Source of the DNA: an uncultured Alphaproteobacteria bacterium
GTDB taxonomy: Bacteria > Pseudomonadota > Alphaproteobacteria > UBA8366 > JADFVY01
Reading direction: 5' to 3'
DNA: 64,000 nucleotides
NCBI GenBank assembly: GCA_947259105.1
Contig: CAMYKU010000005.1
Coordinates: 9,530-73,529 of the forward strand
Shown here piece by piece: positions 37,530-46,962 of the stretch (its first letter is position 1; each line of letters begins with the position of its first letter). The notes beneath the pieces are model-generated. The model was not told where the DNA came from. It ran no database searches and worked only from the letters and a program-made list of their open reading frames with translations. The position numbers were made by a program, and so were the translations under genes.

Positions 37530-37597
37530 GCACGGCCGCCGGGGCGGTGGCGGGCATGGTCCGTCCGGTGCCGGAATTACGGCCCGATGCGCCCGTC

Positions 37598-38122
37598 CTA
37601 TTGCGGCCGCACTTCGAACAGGCAGTGGTCCTGCCCGTCCTCGGCCGCACACCGCGCCTCCATGCAGGTCGTCAAATAGCTGCGGCCCATGGTATCGCCG
37701 ACCCAATTCGTGGCGGCGGCGAATGCGCCGTCGAACATATAGCAGACGCGACGGCCCGACTTCCCGAAACCGGCGGCGATGGCGGAATGGTCGAGGCGCG
37801 CCCGGGCGGTGCCGGCCTCCCAATCCGCCTCGACGAGCGAGAACCGGCCCCAGCCGCGCTTCGACAGCCGGTCCAGGTAATGGCGAAAGACCGCCGGCCC
37901 CGAGATTTCGTGCAGCGCCGCCTGCGTGCCGCACCAGTCGTAGGTCGCCTCGTAGGCCGCCTTGTAGAGCCGTTGGCGGTACTCCTCTGCGCCGATCGCA
38001 TCCTCGACCGCTCTTTGAATGTTCACAAAGAACGCACGCGGCGTATAGATCATCGGGACGCCGTCGGTTGTCCAGTGGCCGGTGGCGGAATCGACCTCGA
38101 TCGGGACGTCCGGTGCGGTCAT
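37598..38122 (-). CDS. DUF5943/V4R-fold small-ligand-binding protein
   Basis: PIEVDSATGHWTTDGVPMIYTPRAFFVN, WC, LSKRGWGRF and YMFDG. RBS AAGGAG. Confidence 0.8.
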   Translation of the reverse strand: MTAPDVPIEVDSATGHWTTDGVPMIYTPRAFFVNIQRAVEDAIGAEEYRQRLYKAAYEATYDWCGTQAALHEISGPAVFRHYLDRLSKRGWGRFSLVEADWEAGTARARLDHSAIAAGFGKSGRRVCYMFDGAFAAATNWVGDTMGRSYLTTCMEARCAAEDGQDHCLFEVRPQ

Positions 38123-38226
38123 TGCAGTCTCCTTCATGGCGTGGTTCGCCTCGCTGGACGATGCTGGGCAGATACGACCACGCTGGTCCATACTATCGTA
38201 GCGGCACCACGCAAACAGGGGAATCG

Positions 38227-39096
38227 ATGGCTATACGCATCATGGCGAAACCGGCACGTCGCGTTCCCGGCATTCTGGCCTGCCTGATCGCTCTCAACTT
38301 TATCGCGCCGCCCGCACGCGCGGACGACGCGGCGCTGGCCGAGGCGATCTGGCAGGCCAATGCGGCCGGCACGGAGACACCGCGGGTCTCGGTGCTCGAT
38401 CCGGGGATCGACCTCGGCGGCGCCTACCGGGTCCAGCAGCTCGTCGTCGACCGAACACTCGCGGCGGGCGGCTCGGTCGCGGGCTATAAGGCGGGGCTGA
38501 CGGGCAAACTGGCGCGCTGGTGGTTCGGCATCGAAGATCCCGTATTCGGCGTGATCCCCGCCTCCGGCCTGCGCCGGAGCGGCGACATGATCGCCGAGCC
38601 GCCCGGCCGGCACATGCTGCTGGAGACCGAAATCGCCTTCGTCGCTGGCGCGCGAATCGACAAGCCGATCGAGGACGTGGCGGCGCTGAAGCCCCTGATC
38701 CGCGGCGTCGCGCCGGTGATCGAGGCGCCCGCCGGCGGTTTTCCCAAGAGCCAGGCCCGCAAGCTGACCGTAACCGATATTGTCGCCAACAACGTCTCCG
38801 CCCATGTCCTGATCGTCGGCGATGAGCGCCCGGCCGAAGGCCTGAACCTGAAGAAACTGAGGGCCACCCTGTCCCGCAACGGCAAGCAGGTCAGCAAGGG
38901 GACCGGCGCGGACGCCATGGGCGACCCGTGGACGGCCGCCCTGTGGCTCGTCAACGTCGCGGTCGCGCAGGGCCGCGTCATCGAGCCCGGACATTACCTC
39001 TCCACCGGCGTCATCGGCGAGCGCGTGGAGAGCGAGCCGGGCCACTACAGCGCCGATTTCGGGGAATTGGGGACGATAGAATTCGAGGTCAGATAG
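38227..39096 (+). CDS. 2-keto-4-pentenoate hydratase-like (FAH superfamily) protein with an apparent signal peptide
   Basis: AYRVQ, GYKAGLT, PVFG, ETEIAF, GDPW.A..WL and STG. N-terminus RRVPGILACLIALNFIAPPARA. Confidence 0.85.
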   Translation: MAIRIMAKPARRVPGILACLIALNFIAPPARADDAALAEAIWQANAAGTETPRVSVLDPGIDLGGAYRVQQLVVDRTLAAGGSVAGYKAGLTGKLARWWFGIEDPVFGVIPASGLRRSGDMIAEPPGRHMLLETEIAFVAGARIDKPIEDVAALKPLIRGVAPVIEAPAGGFPKSQARKLTVTDIVANNVSAHVLIVGDERPAEGLNLKKLRATLSRNGKQVSKGTGADAMGDPWTAALWLVNVAVAQGRVIEPGHYLSTGVIGERVESEPGHYSADFGELGTIEFEVR

Positions 39097-39298
39097 CCGG
39101 GACCGTCTCAGGCGGTATCGTAGAACTGATGCTTGCGAGGCTCGGCGTCTTGCTGGAAGGCCAGCGATTCGGGCGCGAAATGCACGACGCGTTCGAGTTC
39201 CCGCCCGAAATGGCCGAAGCGGTCGACACTGTGCGCCGGCGTCACGTTTTCGCCCTTGCCGCCGATATGCCGCGCCTATAGCGCGATGGAATGCAGGG

Positions 39299-39901
39299 TC
39301 AGCCCGACGCTCCAGTCATTGTTATATCGGCCAGAAACGTGTGAATTTCCCGCCGGCCACCTCCAAGCACCCACGCAAATAACCGGACAATGATGTAGCC
39401 GATCACCGCGAAAAACAGACCACCAACGAGAACACCCGCCGCATTCCTGGAGTAGCCGCAGTAATCACCGTCGACCATTAGACAGCCGCCAGTCTGGTAG
39501 ACAACGACCGATAGGTCGATGAGCAGAAAGACAAGAATCAAATTGACGAAAAGGAGCAGGAATGCCCTCGGAAAGGCCGACTGCCTCAATCGTCCCTTCA
39601 AGGTGCCGTCGGCCAATACGCCGGAGAAATACATGCCGCCGAACAGGCGGGGTATGAGCCACCAGCCGCCCCCGAAGATCTCGATTCTGTTCGATACCAT
39701 GACGTAGACGCTAAATGTGCGCCATGGGGAGACCCAGACTACCACCCCCTTCGGCGCCGGTTTCCTGTTCAGCCGATCATCGATCGCATCGATCAGATCA
39801 GCCAGATCAAGGAAAGCATCGAAGACCCATTCCTCTTCCCGCAGAAAGACCCGCGCCTGCCAAGCCAAGAAGCGCCGCAACCCATGCAGGAGACCGCGCA
39901 T
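39299..39901 (-). CDS. Hypothetical membrane protein
   Basis: ATG overlaps the pepP stop (TGATG). Two C-terminal TM helices with a Cys-containing loop. Confidence 0.65.
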   Translation of the reverse strand: MRGLLHGLRRFLAWQARVFLREEEWVFDAFLDLADLIDAIDDRLNRKPAPKGVVVWVSPWRTFSVYVMVSNRIEIFGGGWWLIPRLFGGMYFSGVLADGTLKGRLRQSAFPRAFLLLFVNLILVFLLIDLSVVVYQTGGCLMVDGDYCGYSRNAAGVLVGGLFFAVIGYIIVRLFAWVLGGGRREIHTFLADITMTGASG

Positions 39902-41667
39902 CAGCCCGTTGCCCGGGTCGCCTGCTCCAGCCACTTCGCCGTATCCTCGTCGACCAGCGGCGCCAGGGTTTCCCGCACCCGCGCTTGGTAGTCGTTGAGC
40001 CAGACGATCTCGGCCGGCAACAACAGCGACGGTTCGACGAGGTTGAGGTCGATCGGCGCAAGGGTCAGGGTCTCGAAGCCGAGCATCGGCTTTTCCGCGC
40101 CGGCGATCTCGACCGGCACGACCGTCACCAGGTTCTCGATGCGGATGCCGTATTCACCGGCCTTGTAATAGCCCGGCTCGTTGGAGACGATCATGCCGGG
40201 CTTCAGCGCCACCGTGTTTGGGATCTTGGAAATCCGCTGCGGGCCCTCATGGACGCCGAGGTAGCTGCCGACCCCGTGGCCGGTGCCGTGGTCGTAGTCG
40301 AGACCCGCCTGCCACAGCGCCCCGCGCGCCAGCGCGTCGAGCTGCGAGCCCGTGGTGCCTTCGGGAAAATGTGCGGTGGCCAGCGCGATATGGCCCTTGA
40401 GCACGCGGGTGAAGCGGTCGCGCATCTCGGCCGTGGGCTCGCCGATGGCGACGGTGCGGGTGACATCGGTGGTGCCGTCGAGATACTGCCCGCCGGAATC
40501 GACGAGATAGAGCTCGCCCGCCCCGAGTTTTCGGTCGCTCTCCTCTGTCACCGAGTAGTGCACGATGGCGCCGTTCGGGCCGGAGCCCGATATGGTGCGG
40601 AAACTGAGGTCGGAGATACGGTCGTTCTCGAGGCGGAAGCTTTTCAGCTTCTCGGCCGCCGCGATCTCCGAAATGCCGGGCGCTTCCGCCGTGAGCCAGC
40701 CGAGAAAGCGGGTCAGCGCCGCGCCGTCGCGGCGATGGGCGGCGCGCGTGCCTTCGATCTCGACCGCGTTCTTGCAGGCCTTGGGCAGCTGGCAGGGATC
40801 GGGTTCCTTGACGATCTTCGCCCCCGCCTTGCCGAGGCGGTCGAGCACCAGCGCCGCGGTGCCGGCCGGGTCGGCCAGCACCCGGGAATTGCCCAGCGCC
40901 CAGAGCGCCGGCTCGAACTCGTTCCGTCCGCGGACCGTTACCTCGTCGCCGAGATGGGCGGCCAGCGCCGGGCTGGTCTTGGCGGGATCGACGAACCACT
41001 CGACGCGGCCATTGGCATAGAGAATGGCGAAGGACAGCGGCAGCGGCGTGTGATCCACGTCGCCGCCGCGAACGTTCAGCAGCCAGGCGATCGAATCCGG
41101 CGCGGTGATTACGGCGGCATCCGCGTCCTGTTCCGGCAACGCCTCACCGACCCTCTTGCGCTTGGCGGCGGCGCTTTCGCCGGCAAAGGCAAGATCGTGC
41201 GGCACGATCGGCGCGGCGGGTTCGGCGGGGCGGTCGGTCCACACCGCATCCAGCGGGTTGGTCTCCGCCGCGACCAGCACGCCGCCCGCCTTTTCAGCCG
41301 CCTTGCGCCAGGTTTCCAGCGCCTTAACCGTATGCAGCCACGGATCGTAGCCGAGGCGGCCGCCTTCGGGCAGGTTCGCGGCGATCCAGTCCTTCGGCGG
41401 CTCTTCGGTGATGTGGCGGATGTCGTACAGCGCTGCGTCGACCTGCTCGCGGATCTGCAGCGTATAGCGCCCGTCGGTGAAGACCGCGGCCTTTTCGGCC
41501 AGCACCACGGCGACGCCTGCGGACCCGGTGAAGCCGGTCAGCCAGGCGAGCCGCTCGGCCGAAGGCGGCAGGTATTCGTTCTGAAACTCGTCGGAATGGG
41601 GAACGATGAAGCCGTCCAGCCCCTGCCGTGCCAGTTCGCTTCGCAATGACTCCAGCCGCTCTCGCAT
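39901..41667 (-). CDS. pepP: Xaa-Pro aminopeptidase (M24)
   Basis: LVDSGGQYLDGTTDVTRT, HGTGHGVG, VHEGPQ, SNEPGYY and GIRIEN. Confidence 0.93.
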   Translation of the reverse strand: MRERLESLRSELARQGLDGFIVPHSDEFQNEYLPPSAERLAWLTGFTGSAGVAVVLAEKAAVFTDGRYTLQIREQVDAALYDIRHITEEPPKDWIAANLPEGGRLGYDPWLHTVKALETWRKAAEKAGGVLVAAETNPLDAVWTDRPAEPAAPIVPHDLAFAGESAAAKRKRVGEALPEQDADAAVITAPDSIAWLLNVRGGDVDHTPLPLSFAILYANGRVEWFVDPAKTSPALAAHLGDEVTVRGRNEFEPALWALGNSRVLADPAGTAALVLDRLGKAGAKIVKEPDPCQLPKACKNAVEIEGTRAAHRRDGAALTRFLGWLTAEAPGISEIAAAEKLKSFRLENDRISDLSFRTISGSGPNGAIVHYSVTEESDRKLGAGELYLVDSGGQYLDGTTDVTRTVAIGEPTAEMRDRFTRVLKGHIALATAHFPEGTTGSQLDALARGALWQAGLDYDHGTGHGVGSYLGVHEGPQRISKIPNTVALKPGMIVSNEPGYYKAGEYGIRIENLVTVVPVEIAGAEKPMLGFETLTLAPIDLNLVEPSLLLPAEIVWLNDYQARVRETLAPLVDEDTAKWLEQATRATG

Positions 41668-41731
41668 GCGCCACTCTCTCTCCCGCCGTCTTTCGACAAG
41701 CTAGGCGCGCCCCGGCCTGCGGGCAAGGGGG

Positions 41732-42952
41732 TTAGCGCAGGAGCTGCAGCGCCAGGAAAGCCGTGCTGACGGCAAAGCCGACCGCCGGAATCCAGATCGG
41801 AAAGGTGCGGACGCTTTCGGGTGGCGGCGTGCCGCGACGCTTGATCAGCACCAGGGCCAGGTTCACCAGGGCGAAGACAATCAGGACGATGACGGACGTC
41901 GTCTCAGCCAGGCGCTCCAGCGGGAAAAACAGCGCCAACGCCAGGATGACCCCTGCGACCAACGCCGTTGCAACCAGCGGCGTGCGACGGCGCGGATGCA
42001 CCCAGGCCAGCGCGGCCGGCAGTTCGCCCTGGTCGGCGAGGCCGTAGATCACGCGCGAGGCCATGATCATCTGGATCAGCGCGCCGTTCAACACGGCAAA
42101 CACGGCGATCGCGCTGACCGCGCCGGAGCCGCCGCCGGTCCCCCGTTCGTAGATCATGGCGAGCGGCGCGGCGCTTTCGGCGAGTTCGGCCGGAGAGACG
42201 GTCAGAACCGCGGCCAGGGACACCAGCACGTAGAACAGCGTCGTGACGACGAGGGTCAGCAGGATGGCCAGCGGCATGGTGCGGGTGACGTCCTTCGCCT
42301 CCTCGGCCACGTTGACCAGGTCCTCGAAGCCGAGGAAGGCATAGAAGGCCAGCATCGCCCCCGCCATGACCCCGATCCATGCCGCGCCCTCCAGCGGCGG
42401 CAGCAGTTCGCCCGCTCGCGCCGGCAGGTCCGCGAAACTACCCTTCGCGGCCCAGATCACCAGCACCAGGCCGCCGATCTCCAGCACCGTGAAGACAGCC
42501 GCCGCGGCCACCGATTCGCCGATACCCCAGGCGGCGAGCGCGGCAAGCAACGCCAGAATCAGGAGGACACCGAGCGCATGGGGCAGGGCCACAAATTCGT
42601 TGAGATAACCGACCGAGCCGTTGACGATGGCGGCCGACGAGACGACGCCGGACAGCGCCACCATCAATCCGACGGCAAGCGCCAGGCGGTGAGAGCGAAA
42701 CCCTTCGCGGACATAGATGGCCTCGCCGGCGCTGCGCGGATAGCGCGCCACCAGCTCGGCGAACGAGAACGCGGTAAAGGCGGCGAGCAGCGATGCGGCC
42801 AGGAACGAGACCGGCGCCCACATGCCGGCGCGTCCCGCCACCTTTCCAACCAGAACGAAGATGCCCGCGCCGATCGTCGTGCCGAGCCCGTAGAGGACGA
42901 GCAGCGGAAGATTGAGGCGGCGGCTGAGCGGAGCATGCATCCGGCCGGTCAT
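41732..42952 (-). CDS. APC family amino-acid permease
   Basis: YGLGTTIGAGIF, FAELVARYP, FYAFLGFEDLVNVAEE and SRVIYG. Start at 42952 or 42940. Confidence 0.92.
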   Translation of the reverse strand: MTGRMHAPLSRRLNLPLLVLYGLGTTIGAGIFVLVGKVAGRAGMWAPVSFLAASLLAAFTAFSFAELVARYPRSAGEAIYVREGFRSHRLALAVGLMVALSGVVSSAAIVNGSVGYLNEFVALPHALGVLLILALLAALAAWGIGESVAAAAVFTVLEIGGLVLVIWAAKGSFADLPARAGELLPPLEGAAWIGVMAGAMLAFYAFLGFEDLVNVAEEAKDVTRTMPLAILLTLVVTTLFYVLVSLAAVLTVSPAELAESAAPLAMIYERGTGGGSGAVSAIAVFAVLNGALIQMIMASRVIYGLADQGELPAALAWVHPRRRTPLVATALVAGVILALALFFPLERLAETTSVIVLIVFALVNLALVLIKRRGTPPPESVRTFPIWIPAVGFAVSTAFLALQLLR

Positions 42953-43187
42953 GATCCGCGATGCTGATCCGCTGCCGCAAGCGCAGCAATGATCCAGCGC
43001 AAAGCCAAGAGATAAAGAGGGGCCGGGTGCGGCGGCGTCCGGCCAGGCTCTCACACGGGCAATGCGGCTTGAGCCTCGTCCGCGGCCGCCGGCCCGGCCC
43101 GATCGGCCCGGACAGCCACCGCGTGTCCGGGCCGGGCGGGGAAGCACGGGCTTCCCCGTGGGCTGAACGGCTTGTCCTTCCCGGCTC

Positions 43188-43454
43188 TCATACTGGCTGG
43201 CCGGGTTCGCAGTTCGCCTCCCCAATTTCCAGCGTCCGCAACAGATCGCCGTAGGTGCGGATCCTGTCGATCTGTTCGTCGCGCGCGATCACCCCGTACA
43301 GCTCTTCGGCCGCGATGACGACGCGTACGAGGTCGAGACCGTCGAGGCCGAGGACCCGGCGCAGGCAGTCGCCCGGCCTGAGGGCCCGCACGTCACGCCC
43401 GGTCAGCCTGGCGATCAATCCCCGCAGCAATCCATCGTTGCGTTTCGTTGCCAT
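43188..43454 (-). CDS. Acyl-carrier-protein-like protein lacking the phosphopantetheinylated Ser
   Basis: LGLDGLDLVRVVIAAEELYG...DEQIDRIRTYGDL follows the ACP pattern, but DSL reads DGL. Strong RBS GGAGGAG. Confidence 0.7.
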   Translation of the reverse strand: MATKRNDGLLRGLIARLTGRDVRALRPGDCLRRVLGLDGLDLVRVVIAAEELYGVIARDEQIDRIRTYGDLLRTLEIGEANCEPGQPV

Positions 43455-43798
43455 GACCGTGACTCCTCCGTGTCGACACTGCTACACGCTGTCATGGAAA
43501 TGAGGAACGTTTTCACTTCCACCAGAACGGCGCCGCGGCATTGCGCCCCGGCGGTGTATCGTACTGTCGAGAGCCGTGATGTCCATACACCTATGGAGCC
43601 ACTGCGGCGCTGAAATGCGAAGCGCTTCGGATTTCCCGGACCCGTCCGGCCGGGCGGAACAACCCCATGCACCGGCGATTTCCGCGGGTTCGGGGCCGTT
43701 GCCGCGGCACCCCGGACCGGATATCTTTTGCCGATACTGTCGACTCCGCCGTTCATTGCGCGAAATCTTAACTTTTGCGCAATCCGGTTGCGGGACAA

Positions 43799-43814
43799 TG
43801 GTAAGGTGATTGCG
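43799..43814 (+). promoter_or_regulatory. Candidate sigma54 (-24/-12) promoter
   Basis: TGGTAAG-GTGA-TTGCG has exact GG-N10-GC spacing, about 40 bp upstream of ATG 43853. Confidence 0.45.
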
Positions 43815-43852
43815 GACCATCCAGGCACCGCACGAATGCAGGAGATGGAGCC

Positions 43853-44338
43853 ATGACCGCCCCCAGGCGAGCCGGGCGGCCCACGCTATACGCGCTGCGG
43901 CCGGTGGAGCCCGGCAATCTGCTGCTCGGCCTGTTCGTGCTGTTCGTCACGCAGATCGTGGCCGTCGCGCTGTGGCAATGGCTGATCGGGCTGTTTCAGG
44001 GCACGCTGGGCGGCCCGGTGCAGCCGTTCGTTGCCGCCATGGCCTGTTCCCTGAATGCGTTCATCACCACGGTGCTGAGCCGCCCGGACGGCCCCCGGGA
44101 GAGTCTCGTTGCCTGCGGCGTCGCGACGCTGAGCGCCGTCGCGGTGGCCGGCGGCGTGGTGCTGGCGGCCCTGGCGGCGCAGGCGGCCGTTCCCGAATAC
44201 AGCAGCAGCCGGCTGGTCCAGGCGTTCGTCGCCACCGTGGGATTCTGGAGCGGCACGCCGGTGATCTACGGCGCGGTGGTGCGGCTTGGCCTGCGCCGGG
44301 TCGACGACCAGCCCGGCAACGGCGGACCGGAACTGTGA
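43853..44338 (+). CDS. Hypothetical membrane protein (about 4 TM)
   Basis: RBS AGGAG/GGAG and four hydrophobic segments. Confidence 0.7.
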   Translation: MTAPRRAGRPTLYALRPVEPGNLLLGLFVLFVTQIVAVALWQWLIGLFQGTLGGPVQPFVAAMACSLNAFITTVLSRPDGPRESLVACGVATLSAVAVAGGVVLAALAAQAAVPEYSSSRLVQAFVATVGFWSGTPVIYGAVVRLGLRRVDDQPGNGGPEL

Positions 44339-44874
44339 GCGGGCAGGAACGCGACGCGGCCGGGACCGCCGCCGCGAAAACGCCGGCACGGGCGCCGCTG
44401 ATCGTGAAAATCCTGCTGGCGCTGGGCGGTTTCGCCGCACTGGCGATCACGCTTGAGGGCGCCCGGACCTGGAGCTGGTGGGCGAGCGCGGTGCTCACCT
44501 CATGGAACGTCGGCGGCATGCCGGCGGCGCCGGAACTGTTCATCTATCCCGCCTTCTTCACGGCGGTGCTGGCGCTCTCGCGGCCGGCGCCGGGGACAGC
44601 GACCGCGCGCTTCCTGCTCGTCGGGATATTGTGGAGCGCAGCGCTGTTTCTGGCCGACCCGGCGCTGCGAACGGCGATCCATGCCGTCGCCCCCGAAGCG
44701 CAGCACTCGCTCGCCGCGGAAACGGTGCGGGGCACGCTGCTCTACGGCCTGCTGTTCGCCTGGATGTACCTGACCTTCCGCCATCTGGTCCCACGCGGGA
44801 AAAACCCGGCGACGCCGGATTCGAGGGGAACGGGCAAGGCCGAGGCCCCGGCAAGCAGAGATGGCGCGGGATGA
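44335..44874 (+). CDS. Hypothetical membrane protein (about 4 TM)
   Basis: GTG start overlaps the upstream TGA (GTGA). Four hydrophobic segments. Confidence 0.65.
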   Translation: MSGQERDAAGTAAAKTPARAPLIVKILLALGGFAALAITLEGARTWSWWASAVLTSWNVGGMPAAPELFIYPAFFTAVLALSRPAPGTATARFLLVGILWSAALFLADPALRTAIHAVAPEAQHSLAAETVRGTLLYGLLFAWMYLTFRHLVPRGKNPATPDSRGTGKAEAPASRDGAG

Positions 44875-45053
44875 GCATGCCAGACGGCTGGGCGTGGCGC
44901 TTGGCGCCGCAACGGGGATTGACGCTGCCCGCCCGGCCCGCGAACAGGGTTACGGCTCTGCGGGGACGCGCAAGCGCCTGATTCGCCAACAAACCGGGGG
45001 ACAACCGTTCGGCTGCCCCCCACAAGAGAATCCCCGCAGGAAACGAGGGGCGT

Positions 45054-46322
45054 TCAGCCGAAAATGTCGGCGGAGATTCCGGCGTACCAGCCCTCCGCCT
45101 CCTCTGCGGTGGCGGTGCGCATCGCCGCATCCTCGCCGGTCTTGCTGATGAAGGTGTCGGTGCTGGCAATTTTCTCCCTGGTCGCCTTGTAGGACGCGCC
45201 GACCTTCACCCCATCGCCGGATGCGATCATGCTCCAGCAAGTGTTGCTGTAACGCGGCTCGAAGGCCCGCGAGCCGGTCAGCTCGGCGCGGATTGCCATG
45301 GCGCAGGCCTTGGCCTGGCTGTTGGCGGCAAATCCCGATTTCGGCATCGCGGCAGCGATGCTGGAATCGCCCAGCACATAGACGTGCGGCGCGCGGGTCG
45401 AGGCCATGGTGAAAGGATCGATCGGGCACCAGCCGGTTTCGTTCGCAAGGCCGGCCGCGGTGGCGATGGCGCCCGCCTTCTGCGGCGGAATGACGTTGAT
45501 GACGTCGCCCTTGAAGCTTTCGCCGCCGGTGTGCAGCGTCATGCCCTTCTCGTCGACCGCCTTGACGCCGCCGGTGATGTTCAGCGGCAGCCATTCGATC
45601 ATGCCGTCGTAGTATTTCGCCCAGCCTTCCTCGAACAGCGCCTGCTTGGAGAACTTGTCCTTGGCGTCAACCGCGATGATCTTCGACTTCGGCTTGTTCC
45701 GCTTGAGGTACTGGGCGACCAGCGCGATCCGCTCATACGGCCCGGGCGGGCAGCGGAACGGATTCGGCGGCGGGGCGATCAGGAAGACGCCGCCATCGTC
45801 CATCGCCTCGAGCTGACGGCGCAGAATCTGCGACTGCGGCCCGGCCTGCCAGGCATGCGGAATCGTCTCGGCCACCTCTTTGCTGTAGCCCTCGTAGGCC
45901 TCGTACTTGAAGTCGATGCCGGGGGCGACCACCAGCTTGTCGTAGGAGACGGACTGACCGCCCGCGACGGTGACGATACGTTTGGCCGTGTCGACGCTGG
46001 TGGCGAAGCCCGTCACGACGTTGATGCCGTGGTCGGATGCCAGCTTGTCGTATCCGTGGGTGATCGAATCGAAACTGCGCAGCCCGCCGATATAGAGGTT
46101 GCTGAAGAAGCAGGTGGTGTGGCGCGCATTCGCCTCGATCAGCGTGACGTCCACAGCGCCCTTGGAATCCTTTGCGATATAACGGGCGGCTGTCGCGCCG
46201 CCGGGCCCGCCGCCGATGACCACGACTTTCGGCTTGCCCTGGGCGATCGCCGGGGCCGCAAGGGTCGACGCGGCAACGCCCGCCATTATCCCGAATTCGC
46301 GCCTCGTGAATTTCCTGTCCAT
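45054..46322 (-). CDS. fccB: Flavocytochrome c sulfide dehydrogenase, flavoprotein subunit (FccB/SoxF)
   Basis: Tat signal TRREFG, GGGPGG, TCFFSN (FAD-linked Cys), PHAW, RCPPGPYER, MPKSGFAANSQA and NTCWS. Confidence 0.92.
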   Translation of the reverse strand: MDRKFTRREFGIMAGVAASTLAAPAIAQGKPKVVVIGGGPGGATAARYIAKDSKGAVDVTLIEANARHTTCFFSNLYIGGLRSFDSITHGYDKLASDHGINVVTGFATSVDTAKRIVTVAGGQSVSYDKLVVAPGIDFKYEAYEGYSKEVAETIPHAWQAGPQSQILRRQLEAMDDGGVFLIAPPPNPFRCPPGPYERIALVAQYLKRNKPKSKIIAVDAKDKFSKQALFEEGWAKYYDGMIEWLPLNITGGVKAVDEKGMTLHTGGESFKGDVINVIPPQKAGAIATAAGLANETGWCPIDPFTMASTRAPHVYVLGDSSIAAAMPKSGFAANSQAKACAMAIRAELTGSRAFEPRYSNTCWSMIASGDGVKVGASYKATREKIASTDTFISKTGEDAAMRTATAEEAEGWYAGISADIFG

Positions 46323-46327
46323 GCCTG

Positions 46328-46657
46328 TTACTCCTGTTGTCCCTGTTTCCCGAAATATACGGCGAGCGCCTGCATGTCCTCGTCGCCCAATCGGCTGGCG
46401 ACGTTTTGCATCAGCGCATGATCGCGCTCGCCTTCCTTGTAGGCCGTCATGACCATAACGAATGATTCGACCGGCCAGCCCGTGATAGGAGGGATACCGG
46501 GCGCCCGGCCTTCCAGCTGGTGGCAGGCCGTGCAGTCTCCCGCGAGATATTCGCCGAGCTCGTAAAGCTCGTCCGCCGAGGCGGGTGCGCAAAGAAAGCC
46601 ACCGGCGCAAAGGCCGGCCAATAGGGTCATCGCGGTCTTCGTGCGGCGATATCTCAT
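46328..46657 (-). CDS. fccA: Monoheme c-type cytochrome, probable FccA partner
   Basis: Signal peptide, CTACH, IPPITG and distal Met in HALMQ. Directly upstream of fccB. Confidence 0.85.
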   Translation of the reverse strand: MRYRRTKTAMTLLAGLCAGGFLCAPASADELYELGEYLAGDCTACHQLEGRAPGIPPITGWPVESFVMVMTAYKEGERDHALMQNVASRLGDEDMQALAVYFGKQGQQE

Positions 46658-46766
46658 TGACGCTCCCTTGTCTTTCTCTCCCCCGCCAGGGTGGAGGCCT
46701 CAAGGGACGGGACCGGACCCGGCCCTTTAGGTCTTCAACGCTTATCCTTATAAGTAATTACACACA

Positions 46767-46782
46767 TTTCTTATTGCAGAAT
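46767..46782. promoter_or_regulatory. ATTC-N8-GAAT-like site upstream of fccAB
   Basis: TTTC-TTATTGCA-GAAT, one mismatch. Confidence 0.35.
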
Positions 46783-46911
46783 CAAGCGCGGATCGGCAGC
46801 GGATGGCTCGCCCTCCATTTCCGCCTGTTACGCCACGCATGCGCCGGCTTGCCCGCGAGGACGGGCAGCGCAATGGGCATACGCCACGAATATCGGGAAG
46901 TTCAACGGACA

Positions 46912-46946
46912 GGGCCGCCGCGGGGAAACATCCCCCCCGGCGGCCC
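46912..46946 (-). terminator. GC-rich hairpin downstream of the choice-of-anchor-I gene
   Basis: GGGCCGCCG...CGGCGGCCC arms with an inner GGGG/CCCC extension, 16 bp after the stop. No clear U-tract. Confidence 0.45.
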
Positions 46947-46962
46947 CAGCTCGTCGAAACGA

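Noticed and set aside
43455-43790. Riboswitch or ncRNA in the long gap upstream of the pseudo-ACP
   Set aside because: Some GC stems are present, but I recognised no conserved Rfam-type motif. An Infernal search would be needed.
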